From: Yuukianura sp. NJ FZ-2021
Taxonomy: Eukaryota
Assembly (NCBI GenBank): GCA_046563655.1
Contig: CM102289.1
Coordinates: 4,526,001 to 4,590,000 of the forward strand
DNA: 64,000 nt
Reading direction: 5' to 3'
Each line of letters opens with the position of its first letter. Position 1 is the stretch's first letter. The position numbers and the translations under genes were made by a program. Below the pieces are notes generated by a model. It was not told the origin of the DNA and made no database searches. It worked only from the letters and a program-made list of their open reading frames with translations. Positions 22,301-36,871 of this stretch are shown in pieces.

Positions 22301-25300
22301 TCTTCCCTTGCACCAGCACCGGATGATCCTATCCTACCAAAAACAAATCTTGGCGCGCCCTTTTGCCTCCTAAACATGGAGATATTTTCACTTTTGGTGT
22401 CGTAGCTCCACGCACTTTTCAAGTTTTTTGAATAGCTTCTTATTTTCTTTTGAATCAAGTCATCTTATTCTCAGAAGTGTCACGTTTAGGAAAGAATTCA
22501 ATACAAAGTCTATATTTGGCTGGAAATGAGCAAGCCATTTTGAAAGGAGTGGCATGCAATAAGTTGTGAGGCGTTTATGATTTTATGATCTGCAAAACCA
22601 CTCTTTAAAACAGATGACGAATCGGATTTCGTTTGAAATATTCTCAAAGTTGAATGTTAACGCCACTGTGGTGTAAAGGAATTTCATGTTGGCGTGGGAA
22701 TCGACATTTGAGACCAACCTTTCTGGTCTTACGACTTCAAAAGATTCCATTCTAAAGATCTAAGGGATATTTCTTAAGGACTCCCGACTTTTTCTTCTCG
22801 TCTTGTTAGAAATCCTAAACTTCCACAATAGTTGAACGAAATAATTGTGAAAATGGTCTGTTAAAAAAACACATTTGACTTTGACTCCCCAATTTGATTC
22901 AATTTTGGCTGCAATTTAGCATTCAAAGTTAAAGGCGCAGCAGGTTTCAAATGTTAGGAGCTTGGTATAAACTTCCACAACGTTTCTGTGTACATTACAC
23001 GAGCCTGAATTTCAAAAATCGTTTTCTTTTTTTTTCTTTTCCAGAACACTTTAGATGTTTTGGCTTCTTTCACAGAAAATCCCCCCACTACACACCAGTC
23101 TGTTGACATTGACTCCGTTCGTTCGACAAGTTGTTTGGTCTTAAAATCCCAAAATGCTTGAGAAGTATATGTAGTATCCCACCCGGGAATAAAGTGATCT
23201 CTGCGTGTGGGAAGATGTTCAATGTTCTTGTCATCTAACCCCTTCCCTCTTTCCTATGCATATGTGCACCATTAATCTCTCTAATTAACAACCAACAAAA
23301 CCCATAGTTAAGTTAGCACAGGCCCCCAGGGTAGGAAAAGTAATCGTTTTAGTAAACATGAATGGCTGAATCAAGATTACAATGATGTGTGAATGCCCTG
23401 CGAAGTGTAAGTTTGTCACTGATTTGAGATTTTTAGAACAGAGATCTGAAAAAGTAGTGGAGGCGGAACTTGTGAAATTGAATTGAAGCGAAACGTTTGA
23501 CGAGAGGGACTTGGGTGTTTTTCAAAGTCGAGAAGAATTTTTTGAAAATTGGTAGCGTCATGGGACGCTGGATTTCACGTTTTGTTGTCGAAATAATAAG
23601 GCCTTAAGGGTTTCGGGTGCATTTTGTGTGTTTTTTCAGATGAACGTAGAACAGGTTCAAACTTGCCTCCACAGTAGCCCTTCACAAAACCCGAAAATAA
23701 TGAGCTCTTGGAATTTTTTGAAAAGTGAAACCGAACTGTTAAGAAAGAAAAATCAGGAACAGGGAAAAGGTCTAATTTTTCAAATGGGAGGTTTCAAGAT
23801 TTCATTCTTCCAAAATCCTTTGTGAAAGTTCCGTACAATTGTGTAAAACATGAAATTTTTACGATAGTACAAAGTTTTTGTATCTTTGTACCAAAATCCT
23901 GCACGTTAGATATTAATTTCCTATCAATCTTTATACTGTAAAAAAAAAACTCTATGCTGTGTACGTATCGAAGTAGAGCTTTGTAACCTTTCTACATAGA
24001 TGTTTCAAAATTTTGTCATCTTCATAAGGACTGAAACTCTAGTAGATGACAAAGTGACGTCCAGTAAGCAACTACTATATGTCGGATATTCTCTTAAAAT
24101 AGACTGTCATGACACTGTGACACAGTCATGTTCCGTCATAAAACAAGTGTAAAGCTTTTTGTCATTTAGGCAAAATTGAGTCAGAATCTCTGGATCAGCT
24201 TTTAAAAACTTTGTTTTTATATTGAACACTTTCCGGAAGCCTTTCATACAAAGAGAGCGCAACAGAAAAGAAAATTCTTGGAAGAGAACCGGAGATGCTA
24301 GAAAAACGAAAACTTTTGAAAGAAAATATACGAAATTCAGCCTCTCTTTTTTAAGAAGAAAACACAAGTCGAAAAGATGAAAGGAAACGGTCATGAAATT
24401 GGGTCTTTTGGTTGTTAGATGTTAGTTTGCTGGTTGGCTTTGCTTTATTTGGTTCTTCTGGTGAAAAGAAGTGTTTGGAACTGTTCAAAGATCAATGAAT
24501 GGAGACCAATTACTGTTCATAAGGTTTCGTTCTTCAATAGTACTTCTTGGACGTTTGTTGCCGGGTCATTGCATCTTTTGAAAACCACCTCTAACTATGT
24601 TACGCTAAAGGTTTGTTCCATTTTTTCCAAAATAATAATTCTCGGTTCACTTCTTTTCAAAAAAATTTTCCTTCCTTTTGAATACGGCTTTCGAAGTTCC
24701 TTGCATAACACTGTTTTTTTCTAATACGTTCATCCAGTTTCCCAATTTTGAAATTCTGGAATTCTTTCACTGCAACCTGATTTACGAAGAATTTTAAATC
24801 CAAATTCATTTTTAAAATTCTATGAAAAGTAACCTGTTTTTTTGTGTGTGTGTCTGTGATACTTGTTTTTTCTAACCTTGCATTATGTCGGTTTACGCTT
24901 GAACCCTCCAAATGACTTTATTGTTAGTTTCTTGACAAAACTTTCAGTCTAAAACTTTAAGTAGATGCAGAGGGCAATAACTCATAAAGTTAAACTGTTT
25001 TTGATTAGTCTCCAGTTCAGTCTTTTCGTAATCCTTCAAAGAACACTAGCACCTAGCAGCTTCTTCTGCGGTTTCCTTCAGATTTAGCTCTGCCTTCCCT
25101 AATTATTTTTTCCGCTTCTTCCAAATCTCATTTTCATGAGGAAGGAAGCCTTTGAAAATTAGTTAGTACCTCGAAATAATAGATGAACGGCCTTTAAGCT
25201 TTGGCTGTTACCTCAAATGCCTAGTAGTAATGACTTCGACTTCTCCCTAACTCTCTGTGGTTTGGAAACGTGTGGTTCATGGGGCAAAACTTAAGTAGGT

Positions 25301-28300
25301 TAATCTGCGTTCCGTTCCGACTTGGAGATTTTAGGGTAGATTTGGAGAGATTTAGTAATTGGACTCACTTTTGCATGATTTATAGACATGGAACATTCGC
25401 CAGTGAAATAGAATTTGAAAGTTCCCCCTAAAACGCCTACTACCGTTTGCGTTTTTTGGTTTTTTTCAAATCATATTTTGATTCATTGATTCATTTATCA
25501 AAAACAAATAGTGAACCGACCGTCAAAAGGCAGACTTTATCCCTTCGTTTAATCTTTCAGGACCAATATTTACATAACCTTACGAATGTATTTATGATGC
25601 CAAATTTAGTTCGATTGATCAAAGTTGCGCCATCAAACAGCTACTACGACACATTCCAAAATTGTGGCTCAAAACGAATCGTTTCAACGAAAAGATTCGA
25701 GTCCATTGCAAGCATTTAGACAAACTTGCGTAAAAGTTTTGCTAAAAATAACCGGAATTCTTCGTCCGCACCTCCCTCCCATCTATAGGTTTTCCAATTT
25801 TGTCATTTGTTTGTGTTCGTGGTTTAGTTTGTCACCGCGTTGTGGCCTACTTAACATTTAGTATTTTCCATATCAGTCATCCTGATCAAGGTGGTAGACG
25901 TTATTTAGACGTACCCATAATTTTTTCAAAAAGTTTTACAAATCACTTAACAGAAAAGTTCTAGTTAACCGAAACAAAAATTTAATTCAAATTTTTAAAC
26001 TTTTATAACTAAGCGCAACTTTTCATTGGCATTGTCAAAGGTCACATTGATCTTTTGCTTTTTCATAATCCCAATTTACAAAATGGTTTGTGTTGATATG
26101 GATCCTGTAGTGAATTAAGAATAAGTTTAACTATTGCTATGGCTTGGGCAAGGTTGAGCTAAATGCTTTGGAGTGGGGAGACGCGTACTCATTCCACATT
26201 TGCATTGATGACGATTGGAAATCCATTGTGCCCCTCTTACTCTTTTAAGTATTATGTGTCATCCGCTTAAGTAGTTCGATGACGCTGATAAATATAAAAA
26301 CTCAATGGAAACCGGTGGTTCAGTTAAAGTGTTGATTAGGTTCTCAACTCTCAGTCAGTTTCACAATAACAGTTTAGCTCAGTGGATAACTTTCGCTTTA
26401 TTCATTCAAGCCAATAAACTACTGCGAGTTAAAAAATAAAGTCAATAGTGCTATTCATTTTGGCGGCAAAATTCCAAAGTGCACTTTTGTAGTTGAGTGC
26501 AAGTGAAAGGTGATGCGTACCCAAGGACACCAAGCGGAGTGCGAGGTAAAATTTAAAATTCGAAGGATTACACCAATTACTTACTGTGTGAACAGCACAA
26601 CCTGCCGACATTATCCTTTCGTTGAGATTTTGAAGTCAGGGTTAACCAAAAATGTGAAGGTTTTCAAACATTCCGTAAAAGATTTTAGTTTATTTTTGGC
26701 GTTGCTTGAAGCGTAAAAAAAGCGTTGTTTGTGTATTAATATGTCTGTTAGACTTTGTTCCCCCGCAGACACAGAGCACACGCGTTTGTTGTGATAAAAA
26801 AAAACGTTTTAAGCAAAGTGAGCCAGATATTTAAAAAAGTTGGCTGGGCTGACAAATGTGTTTCGAGCCGCACATGGCATATTGGCTGTTCGAAAATTAA
26901 TCTACAAAGGTGATCTCTTTGAGCAATTAGTCACTTTGCACTGTACTAGGTTTCCGTTCGGTTGCATGTCAAAGCCCACTTTTCTATCCCTGCAATTTAC
27001 GAATTTGAATTTTTTTGGCACATCAAATACTGCCAGAATAGAATTGATGACCAATTGGCATGGTGGGAAACTTTCCAAAAAAAAACTGTTTCACAAACGA
27101 AACTCATGAATAATTATTATGCAAAAGGCGGTGAATCGGGAGAGATGTGAAAGCTCTTTTGTTTTTCGTTTCTGTTTTTACGATTTGGAATAATAGACAG
27201 GTAGAGCAGACTGGAAAGCAGCATGTCATGGATGGACTCAATTTTATTACAATGGAATTTCGCATCTGTTTATGCTTTAATGTTCGTTTTAGAACTTGGA
27301 AAGAATTTTATTTTGTTAACCCGTATTTCCGCTTTGGCACAACAGGCGACGATCTCATCCTCCATTGTTCTTGTTTCATTTTGATTTTTCACATCTACAT
27401 CCTGCTAATTCTTTCTGGCAGCAGCAGAGTAAGGTATTTTTTGTAGGAAACGCTTCTGCGTCATTGCAAGTGACTCGCTCTTGTTGAAATTTTGCTGCAA
27501 TTGCATTTTGTAAAGCATTTGTTGTATGCTAATATTCTGCGCATGACAGTTCCGCTTCAATTTTTTCATTTTGCAAGGCGGGATAGTTGACGCTAAAACT
27601 GAAGTTCTAAATGAAAACTGAAATGGAGATTGTAAATTGAAATTTTTAATAGGTTTATTTGTCGGTTTCCCTTAAGTGATCTGGTTGTGCACTTCGAAAG
27701 CAAAACCTCCTCTGCTCCTATTATAATTTATTGTAGTCATTTAACGCCATTACGACCAACTAACTTCGCTTTAAAAAGTAAGCGCAAAGCTTTGAATCTT
27801 CAACAGAATCCACAATATCTTCTACCGTTCAGTTTATAATTGTTCATTAAGAAGGTCGGTGTTGGTTTGTCGCATCATTTATAATTCAATTTTTTACTAT
27901 GAATTGTGCTTCCGCCTTCATAGCATAAAGAGCCAAAGTACATTGATCTAAATCTGGTTTCTCGTGACACACAAACAATTGTTCTCGAAGTGGAACATGA
28001 CAACGACGGTGTAGTGTGAAAACCAAAGATTTAGAAACCGTATTGTAAAAGTTTGTCATTGAATTTGTTCAGTTGTCACGTTACATATGTTTTACAGGCT
28101 GTTCAAATTTTGACTACCAAGGGGCTGCTACAATACAAAACTTGCAAGATTTATTAAATTCATCGTCACTAAAAGTTGGTTGCTTTTATGTTTTACAGAA
28201 TCCTCCGCTGAGCCTAACTAAGAGTCAACCAATCGTATCCGTCGGGAGTACACGGTTTGCACCAAGGGCTTCCAACAGGTCATGGGGCAGGTCTCCGTCA

Positions 28301-31300
28301 AATTCAACTGCCGCAGATACCATGGACAGAGACTTGGGCGTCATTCCTTTTCTGCAACAAAGTTTAGTTCAAAGGTAACCAAGCAACTATCTTTACATTT
28401 CTTTTTACGTCGAAATTGAAAATGCACAAGTAACATGCCACCGTTGTGCATATATAACATTTTCATATATGTATTCACAGTTTAAACAAAGATCGCCCTT
28501 TGAACCCATAATTTTTAATTGTCGAACAACTCCCATCGAAAATAATCGCCGAAAGTAAATAATCTGGCTAATAACGTTTAGCGACACGTTCGTTACAAAA
28601 ACTGCAGCTATGGTTGAAAGAAGTTGGTTTGACATTTGACATTGCTGAGACAAGTGACAAGTTGACATTTTCATCTTTCATACGCTTTTCAGTTTCAGTT
28701 TCTTTTGTTTTAATTTTTTTAACAAAGTGGACATTTTCAAAGTAGATAATTACTGCAGATTTTTTAGGAAAGAATCTTTGCAAACTTAATCTTTAGACTC
28801 TTTTTTCCCGCGTTTTTTTTACGAGAGATTGTTGGAAATGTTCGGCGGAGTTTGCTTTAAAGGGTTTATAATGCGGAAGATGAATAATGCCGCACAGTGA
28901 CAAAATTATTGTCGATAAATACAATTTGGAATTGAATTTCGTGCCTTGTAAGTGGAAATTAATGTGGCAAGAGAATCAATGACTCATTTACACGCATATC
29001 ATTTTCCCATTTAGAGTCAGAGTCATGTTTGGTCAAGGTTAGTCTAGTGGGAACCTTTGGAATGAAAAAAAAAGCTGATTGATATCCAGCAACCAGCAGC
29101 CCCGTCTGCTCAATATCCACGACTGACGTTAAACTTTGGCTGCAGAAACAGACTTGTACAAAGGATGTTTTACGCTTTGCCACTTGGAGATTTAATATTA
29201 AACCAAGTGGGGGATATTTTCTAGACGAGTGACTTCTTGTTCTTCTGTTTTCAAAGAGTCCAAGAGGAATCCAATCCCAATGCCCTTCCCAAAAAACCTG
29301 GAAAATTTGTCTTGTTCAAATAAGGAAAAAGAAGGGCGTTTGATTTGAGGAATGATGAATGGGATTCTTGTCCTTTTGATTTAGATACCGTGAAATGCTG
29401 GACACGTACTTGGAAGCTCCAGATTGGTACAGGCAGCACATGGGAGCGTCAGATTTGGATGAGATTTGTCCAGTAGTCTACCAAATTTTGCCGCCGGAAA
29501 AGGCACAGAATGGTTTCTATGGACATGGTCAGAGCTCTTCGGGCAAAAAGAAGCAGCAATGTACTGGAGATCATTCAATTCAGCAGTACCAGCCTATCCA
29601 CCCTCACCACATCTTCTCAAGAACTGTAAGAATCTTATACAAAAAAAATCTCCCCAAAAACAAATCCTTAGATGATAGAAGTGACCTCATGTCAACCCCA
29701 AGCGAAGCCAAAGGTTACAAAAAAGCATTTGCAAACTTTTTCCAAAAGTCAACCACTACTGTTCATATTTTCTTTTATTTCAAAGAAAGTTAGCATTCGT
29801 CGATTATCTGTATTTTGGGCTAGAATTTCACAATGGTGGCTTAATTAAAGTCGCAAGATGCCACTTTAGCATGGAGTTTGACAGGAATATTAACAACGTA
29901 GGGAATAATGAGCTGCGCTGTAATTAAGTTATCCTCTTACTTTGTGTCCTGCCTGACACACTTTGCTTTTCTCGGTCGTCTTAAGGCTATAATTACATGC
30001 TCAGCTTCAGCCAATTTACTTCTCAACCGTTAGACAAAAGGAAATAACATGGTTTCCACCATTTGGACCAAATTCTGAACATAATTTAGGTTGGATGGAA
30101 CTGTATTTTTCTGCAGAGTCTATGTTGACCTCAACGGCAGTAAATAAGAGTCACATTTTAACTGAATATGACACTTTTCCAATCTTCCTGCTTTATAATT
30201 ACAGAATGAAGAAGATCAAACGAAGGCGTCGTGGCTGGAAGGTGACCCCGGAAGTGGCAAAACCTTGCTCTGTCTCAAATTTGTTCAAGAATGGATCTCA
30301 TACGTTTCCTACAACTACACCAACACCCCAGTGAACACCCTCATAGGAGACTTCAGTCTCCTGCTCTACATTCCCTTGCGAGAGGTCAAGGGCTCCCTCG
30401 TTCGCTTCATCAATTCTGAACTAGTTACCAAACGCTCCGTCCTCACTCGCCTCAAATCCGGAAGTCTCTCAAAGTTTTTAGAGAAACTCACAAATTCCAA
30501 TTTCCTGATTATTTTTGATGGAGTGGATGAGTTGACAGAGGGCGGAATTTTGTCGGAGGTTCAGGATGTAATCAATGGGATTACGTTTCCAGGAGCAACG
30601 GTTGTCCTCACGTCAAGATCCAAGATGGGAAGTGACGATAAGCGACGATTCATTGTGAATGGTATGGAATGGGCTCAAATCCAATCTTCCGTCAGACGCT
30701 ACTTCACGGGCCGCAAGTTTGGAAGTGAGAGTCGCCTAGTAGAAATTCTGGCAGAGCGACATGATCTCGCACTCCTCGCTTCCAATCCCTTCATGTGTCT
30801 TCTGCTCTGCTTCGTCTTTGAGGAAGTAGGAGACATCCCACTTACAGACTCCGAATTCTATGCCAATCTCCTCAAAGCCCTCATCTATCAAAATGGCCTC
30901 ATCAAAAACGAGTCTTCACCCAACAAATCTTTTGTTCCCTACAAATGGCAAAAGGCGTTTGAAGATTTGGGGAAGTTGGCCTTGGGAAAGTTGGGTGAAA
31001 GGAGATCCGAGTATACGGAAGCTGAGGTCGTGGAAGCCTGTGGATCACTTGATATTTTGAAAACGGGTATTTTACAAAGAATGCCAGCATTTTTTCTAAA
31101 AAGTGGAAAGAAGCATGGACAAGGAGCTCTGAGCATTCTGCATCCAGCTATGAACGTTTTCTTAGCGGGAAATTATTTGTCCACAAGAGTCAATTACCCT
31201 AATATCCTTCGAAGAGAAATTAATACGTTGCCTGGAATCAACGAAATGATGGAACCTACTGTCCAGAATACAAATCTTGCCTACGGTGTAATCCAAATGG

Positions 31301-34300
31301 CTATGGAAATTCTTCAGAAAAAAGCGGCGGCAATTTTGAGTATGTTGAGCCTCTTAGACGTTTCTGTCAATTATTTACTTGCCTTCCTACGCTCCAGTGG
31401 CTTTTATGAAACGAATTTAAGCTCAATCTGTGCTACGCTACGGTCCATGAAACATGCGACAATTCATGTGAACTCAGAATGGGCTTCGGAATGGAAGCAA
31501 GTCATGTCGCGTAAGTAAAAAAAAATTTTAATAGACTATAAAGTTATTTCTTTTTAAGACATAAAAATAGAAAAAGAAGGGCATAAATCAAAACAAAAAG
31601 AAAAAACAGAATTATAAAAATCGATTTTTGAAAAGAAACAGACTTCGAAAGGTAAACATTTCGTTTTTTCATTGTTTTTTTTTCGTAGATCCAAGCTGCC
31701 CTTTTGAAAGCGTGGAGATTTTAATTCGACCTGGTTGTTCTCTTTCACGACTGGTTGAAGGCCTTTGTCTCAATGAAAGCATCAATTCTGTTAAAATTTC
31801 TAGTGTCCCTGGTACGTGCTTTGTCAGCTTCAATTTTTGCAACACTCCCCAAACACCATTTTTTTAACCAAAATAAGCCTACAACACACTTTATCTGTTT
31901 TTGCTCCAAGTGACTTTTGGTATCTTGTGTTATTTCCCAGGTCAGGATTGGAGTCACGTCGAGGTGAACTTGGTTTCAGGTCAACTGCTTCGTCTCCTCA
32001 GTGAAAAGAAGTTGAAGTGTCTCGAGATCTCTATGACCTGCTTGGAAGATAAAGAGCACTTGCGATTCCAAGGCATAATTGACGTCCTCTGCTTCATTCT
32101 GTCCAGAAATGTACCACTCATGAAGCTCGTTTTGGACATGGACTTGACCTCAACACAAATTGAGCAATTGGCGTCCTACATCAAGGAGCACGAGACTCTC
32201 GATATCCTTCATGTGCCTCATCTCGGATGTGGTCCAACTGGGTTTCGATCGATTGCAAACTTATTATATGAAAAATCATTTTTATCCTTGAGTCTTGCTG
32301 GATCCTGGAGGTCAACTCACTCTGACGAAGAGCTGGGCGTCGTAGCAGAAACACTTCCGCCTATGAGTCCTTTTAACCTCAAACATGTCCCTTACCCGTC
32401 CCTTCCAAGAGCAGTCAAGTCACCGTCTATTCGTAGAAAAAGGCTTCCGGGAGCTCTTCTTCAGGAATCGGAAAAAAGGAATTCGGATTCTGTTTTATTT
32501 CAACGCAACTTTCTGCCTGTTCCGATTTGTGATAAAGAAAATCACGAAGTGGATGGATTCCATGGAATTTTTACAGCTCTACGAGATTGTCGAAATTACT
32601 CTAACCTCAGAAGTCTCAATCTGTCTAAATGTGTGATGAATTGGGAAGATGTCATTTGCCTTGGAGAAACAATTAGGAAAACAAAGTGCCTCGATTCTTT
32701 AAGAATGGAGGGAATGAAACTCTGCGATGTCCTGCCGATTTTACTTGGCCTTCAGGTAATGCTAAATTTTAAATTCAATGCAACAAAATTTTAAAAAAAT
32801 CGCCTAAAGCCTTTGATTGTCACATCTTTTAATGTGTGATTAGGAGAATGTTTCGTTGAAGTTGCTGGACCTGTCATCTCCGCATGTGGTCATTGGGGAC
32901 GATGCCCTTCAGCTCGTGTCCACAAGCTTAAGTAAAAACCAGACGCTGAGACTTCTTTCAATCCAAGGTTGGACGTGCTACATTGAGGTGAGCCCTTATA
33001 AAAGCCCGACTTCCTTGTGAGTTACTTCATGACATTACTTATATCCGCTGCCTTGTCAGGTTGTCGTCGGTTTCAGACGATAGAAAACGACCTACATTTT
33101 TACTTTATTTTTCAAAAATGAAAGAAACCCTACGTCCTGTCGTGTTTTACCAACATGAAAGTGTTTTTTATTGGCTACGCGTGTGTAAAGTGTAGCCCAC
33201 TTTGGCCAATTTCCCCTCTTTGCCTGATTCTAATCATCCTCTCTTTACCAAAAATGCATTTATACAATTATGAAGTTGAAATTTAATAGCATATTGTTAT
33301 TGTTAGGGATGGGTACGTCCTTTCGAATACTGAGGTTAAGTTATTTCGAAATTTTGTTTTGCACCATATAAGCTTTGTGGATTTCTGATTTTAAAGTGGT
33401 GGAATGCACAAAAGTTTGTTGGGAATTTTGCAGTGAAGCAGAGCGGAAGTTTTGAAATCAAAAGGGAGCTTGCTTTTCTTTCTTTCGTTTTTCGAGGTCA
33501 ATCTCTCGACACTTTCGGGAGATGACTTTCAATTAGTTTTCATTGTGGGAGATCGAGACTTTTTTTTTGCCAAGGAGTAAGGCTTGGCCTGGGAATTGTT
33601 GGAGGCATGATTAATTTGTCGTTCTGCTTCAGCTCCCATTTCTTTTCATTTCCCAATTCTCCTCGGAGGTATTGTTCCCAAGTACGAACGAAAGAAGAAG
33701 AAGTTGGAAGATGAAGAGGAAGAGATTTTTGTAAAGAGGGGATAAATTGCATGACTTTTAAAGATTTTTCTTTTGCATTTTCTGCTCCAAGGGATTTTCT
33801 GCCCAAGTGAATCCTTCCCCAAAATGGTCAACGACTAAAAACTTCACACAGGGCCAGAGGGAAACAAAAGAAACCAAAAATTGAAACTAATCACACTTTT
33901 GCTCTCTTCATGAACAATTTTGGCAACATTTGCAAGGAAAACACTTTTACTTTTATTCATTCAAGGTTTTTAGTGCGTTTGATCTAATAATTGCCAACGA
34001 TGGGTACCGTATTAGGTGAGTGAGTGAGTTGCGCACGGTCAAACAGGTTTATGAAATGTAAAAATACGACTTTTTCTGGCTTGTTAGGTTAGTCTAGTCA
34101 AGGTTGTGCATTTTAATTATGGTTCTCGTAAGACTCATATAATACGGATTTTTGTTTTTTGTTGTTTCCAAAGTTTTAAATTTTGCAAATGAAAAATTGG
34201 CTATTTTCTTGTGCAAATAGCGAATCTCCGTCAATTAAACAACTTCATTAGGAAATGTTATACTCCAACTGGCACAATGGATCGAAATTTTCAAAATTTT

Positions 34301-36871
34301 GAACTATGCTTTTTGAGAAGGCAATTTTGATCCAAGTGTCACTGTTCTTGGGTGAACTCATAAGACATTGACCTTTAAAGTTTTCATTATTTATCAGAAC
34401 ATAAAGTTATTCCACTAATCACGTTTCGGAGCTCTAGGAGATGAAAAGGAGCTACAATTTAGTTTTCCCTGTTTTTAAATCCCCCTAATAAGCTTCGTGT
34501 TTCGGAGTTTGGACGCCGTTAAATTTGAAATATTTGGAAAAGAAGAGTCGTATTGCGGAAAAGTCTTCTTTGTTTGAAGAGACGCCGACGTTTGTTGCAT
34601 GTTATTCACTTATTTGAAGGTTGGTTGGCACATAAGTGTGAGACTTAAACAGGACAGGGTTTGTTTGCTCGTTTAGAAAGGAATTCCTCAAGTTGGTGAT
34701 TGGATAGAGAAATACTTCAGAACGAAGGTGTGTGAATTTTACGGAGATGAAGGAAAATGGATGATGCGGAGATTAAGATGAAACCGGTTCCCTTTGGTCA
34801 TCTTCATCATCTTCCTTCAAACTATACGTTCCGAAGGATTGTGAATGAGATGCAAAAAATACGAAGGGAGAAGATGGGCTCTTTACGCACTTAAGTGCTC
34901 TTAGACTCACCACAAAGAAATTCTCTTCCTCATACATTGTATTGTTGTCTACCAGCAACAATGGAGTGGACTCCAACATTCCAGGCAGGAATTTGAATTT
35001 CCAATTTTCAAACTCCCGCCCACGCCGACAGTAATGGCTTCTCTACATTCCATTCCTTTGTCTTCCTACTTTACCTTAAGTGTACCGCCGGAAGTAATAT
35101 TTGTTACTTCTTCCTAATAATTGTCCTCAGTTGAGAAATAATGCAAATATCTGCGCAGCATTGAGAAACAACTCCGCCCTGTTTTTCCCAACATCTTAAT
35201 TGTCTGCACGTCCGCCACCTCCGCAAAACGTTAGTGTCCAATCAATTGTTTTCATACAGTGTTTTAAAGTGTGCGAAGACATGTAGGTTTTTTCAATTTC
35301 GCACAGCAGTACAAACCAAAAAAGTTGGTTTGAAAGGTCAAACGGGTGTCTAATAAATATTTCAAATCTGTTTCATGTTGGGAATGATTTCCCGTGGGTG
35401 TTTTGCTATCAGCCAAGACGTACTTGACTTCCTTGAAAGGTGAAGACAAATTGAAGTCCATTCAATTGAAATCCCATCAGGGAAGGAATGCTCAAGGAAC
35501 ATAAAAATACTGTCATTGGTTGAACTTTCCAAATGGAAATGCAGCTTGACTGTTGAACATTGTGGAAAGAAAATTGAAATGAAAACGCTTCCATTAGCTT
35601 AAATCAAGGGATTACTAATCAGATATGACGACTACACTTAATGAGTAGAAACGGGAATTAATTTTGCTAATGGTTTCAACTAAAAACCAGTTTTTCCATC
35701 ATCACGGAATTCCCATGGTACAATGATAGTTCATTGAGCACAATTGAAAGCAGTAATTAAAATAAGATTATATTTTTAGATACCTGTTTCTACGAAGTGT
35801 CAAAGGAGAACTTATTTAAAAGTTCTCATCTTTACTGTTACATTTGCATTTCGTTTTGCCAGTTTGGAATACCAAACGCGAATTACTGAAAATGTTGTTA
35901 CAAAAGTGTCTTTATTTGAGTTTTTTGTTTGTTTTCAGGAAGAGCGTTCATTTGAAACGCTTGAAAACCTGTTGCGATTGTCAAAACTGCAGGATTTGGA
36001 TTTATCCGGAGTCCGAATTCACGTCAACTCCAGCTCATCTTCACGCTCCAGGCTTGTGTCCAACACAGACACTCTGAATTCAAACAGTTCGCTTCAAAAG
36101 AAGGATTCGACCTTTGAGCGATCACTGTCCAAGAACAAACCGTCCGGCCTTGGCTCCATCCTTAGCCTGTCCAGTACATCGACGTCAAAGACGCATGCGC
36201 CGACATTCCCCCTTCCGCCATCTCTCGGCTTCCTTCGGATTGGAGGTCTCAGTTTAGAACTAAGCAAAAGTCAAACATGGAAACCGTATGATATTTTGCA
36301 ACAATTGGGGCAGAATCCGAAGTTGACTCACCTCGACATCAGCCTCGACAAAAATGATTCTTCCGTATGGACAGACGAGAAAGTGTTGCTGAAAACTCTC
36401 AGTTCATTGTCCTCTACGGCGCCAAATCTAAAGACTCTCGTAATGCAAAACTGGAAGGTCAAAGTGTCATCGGAGAAGGCAACGGCCAAGGAAATTGGAA
36501 AATATCTCCAGGGCTGTCACTCTCTCAGTGAGGTCAATTTTGACAACACCGTCATTTTGTCTTCAGAGTCAAGTCGCCGTATTGACGGAACGTACGCTAT
36601 GGTTTTTCTGCTGAATCTCAAATCTTTGTCGGAATTTTCTTGGGCCAACTACGAAGCCTCCCAAGTCCAAGTGCTCACCAACAGTTTAGATTTGATCAAA
36701 AGTTCAAATTTGACAATAAAGTTAGATGGCCTTCCGCTGAGAGCCTTGAAAGGCTTCCTTCTGGCAAAATGTGCAGGAGCTGTGTCATACATGGGGAATC
36801 ATTCCGTCCAGATTGCAAGGACTAGAGAAAGAAGTGATTCGTTTATAAACAAGCTAAAACGCTTAATTTAA
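19348..36871 (+). CDS. NACHT + LRR (NLR-like) protein, ~1431 aa
   Basis: Exons 19348-19519 (or alternative first exon 20734-20806), 21258-21643, 28199-28374, 29385-29625, 30205-31510, 31689-31811, 31941-32755, 32844-32987, 35939-36871 join in frame. Walker A GDPGSGKT (30241-30264), Walker B FLIIFDGVDEL, sensor-1 VVLTSR, LASNPF, winged-helix LHPAMNVFLAG, and ribonuclease-inhibitor-type LRRs (LRSLNLSKC, LKLLDLS, LQDLDLSG, LTHLDIS). 5' exons are less certain. Confidence 0.85.
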
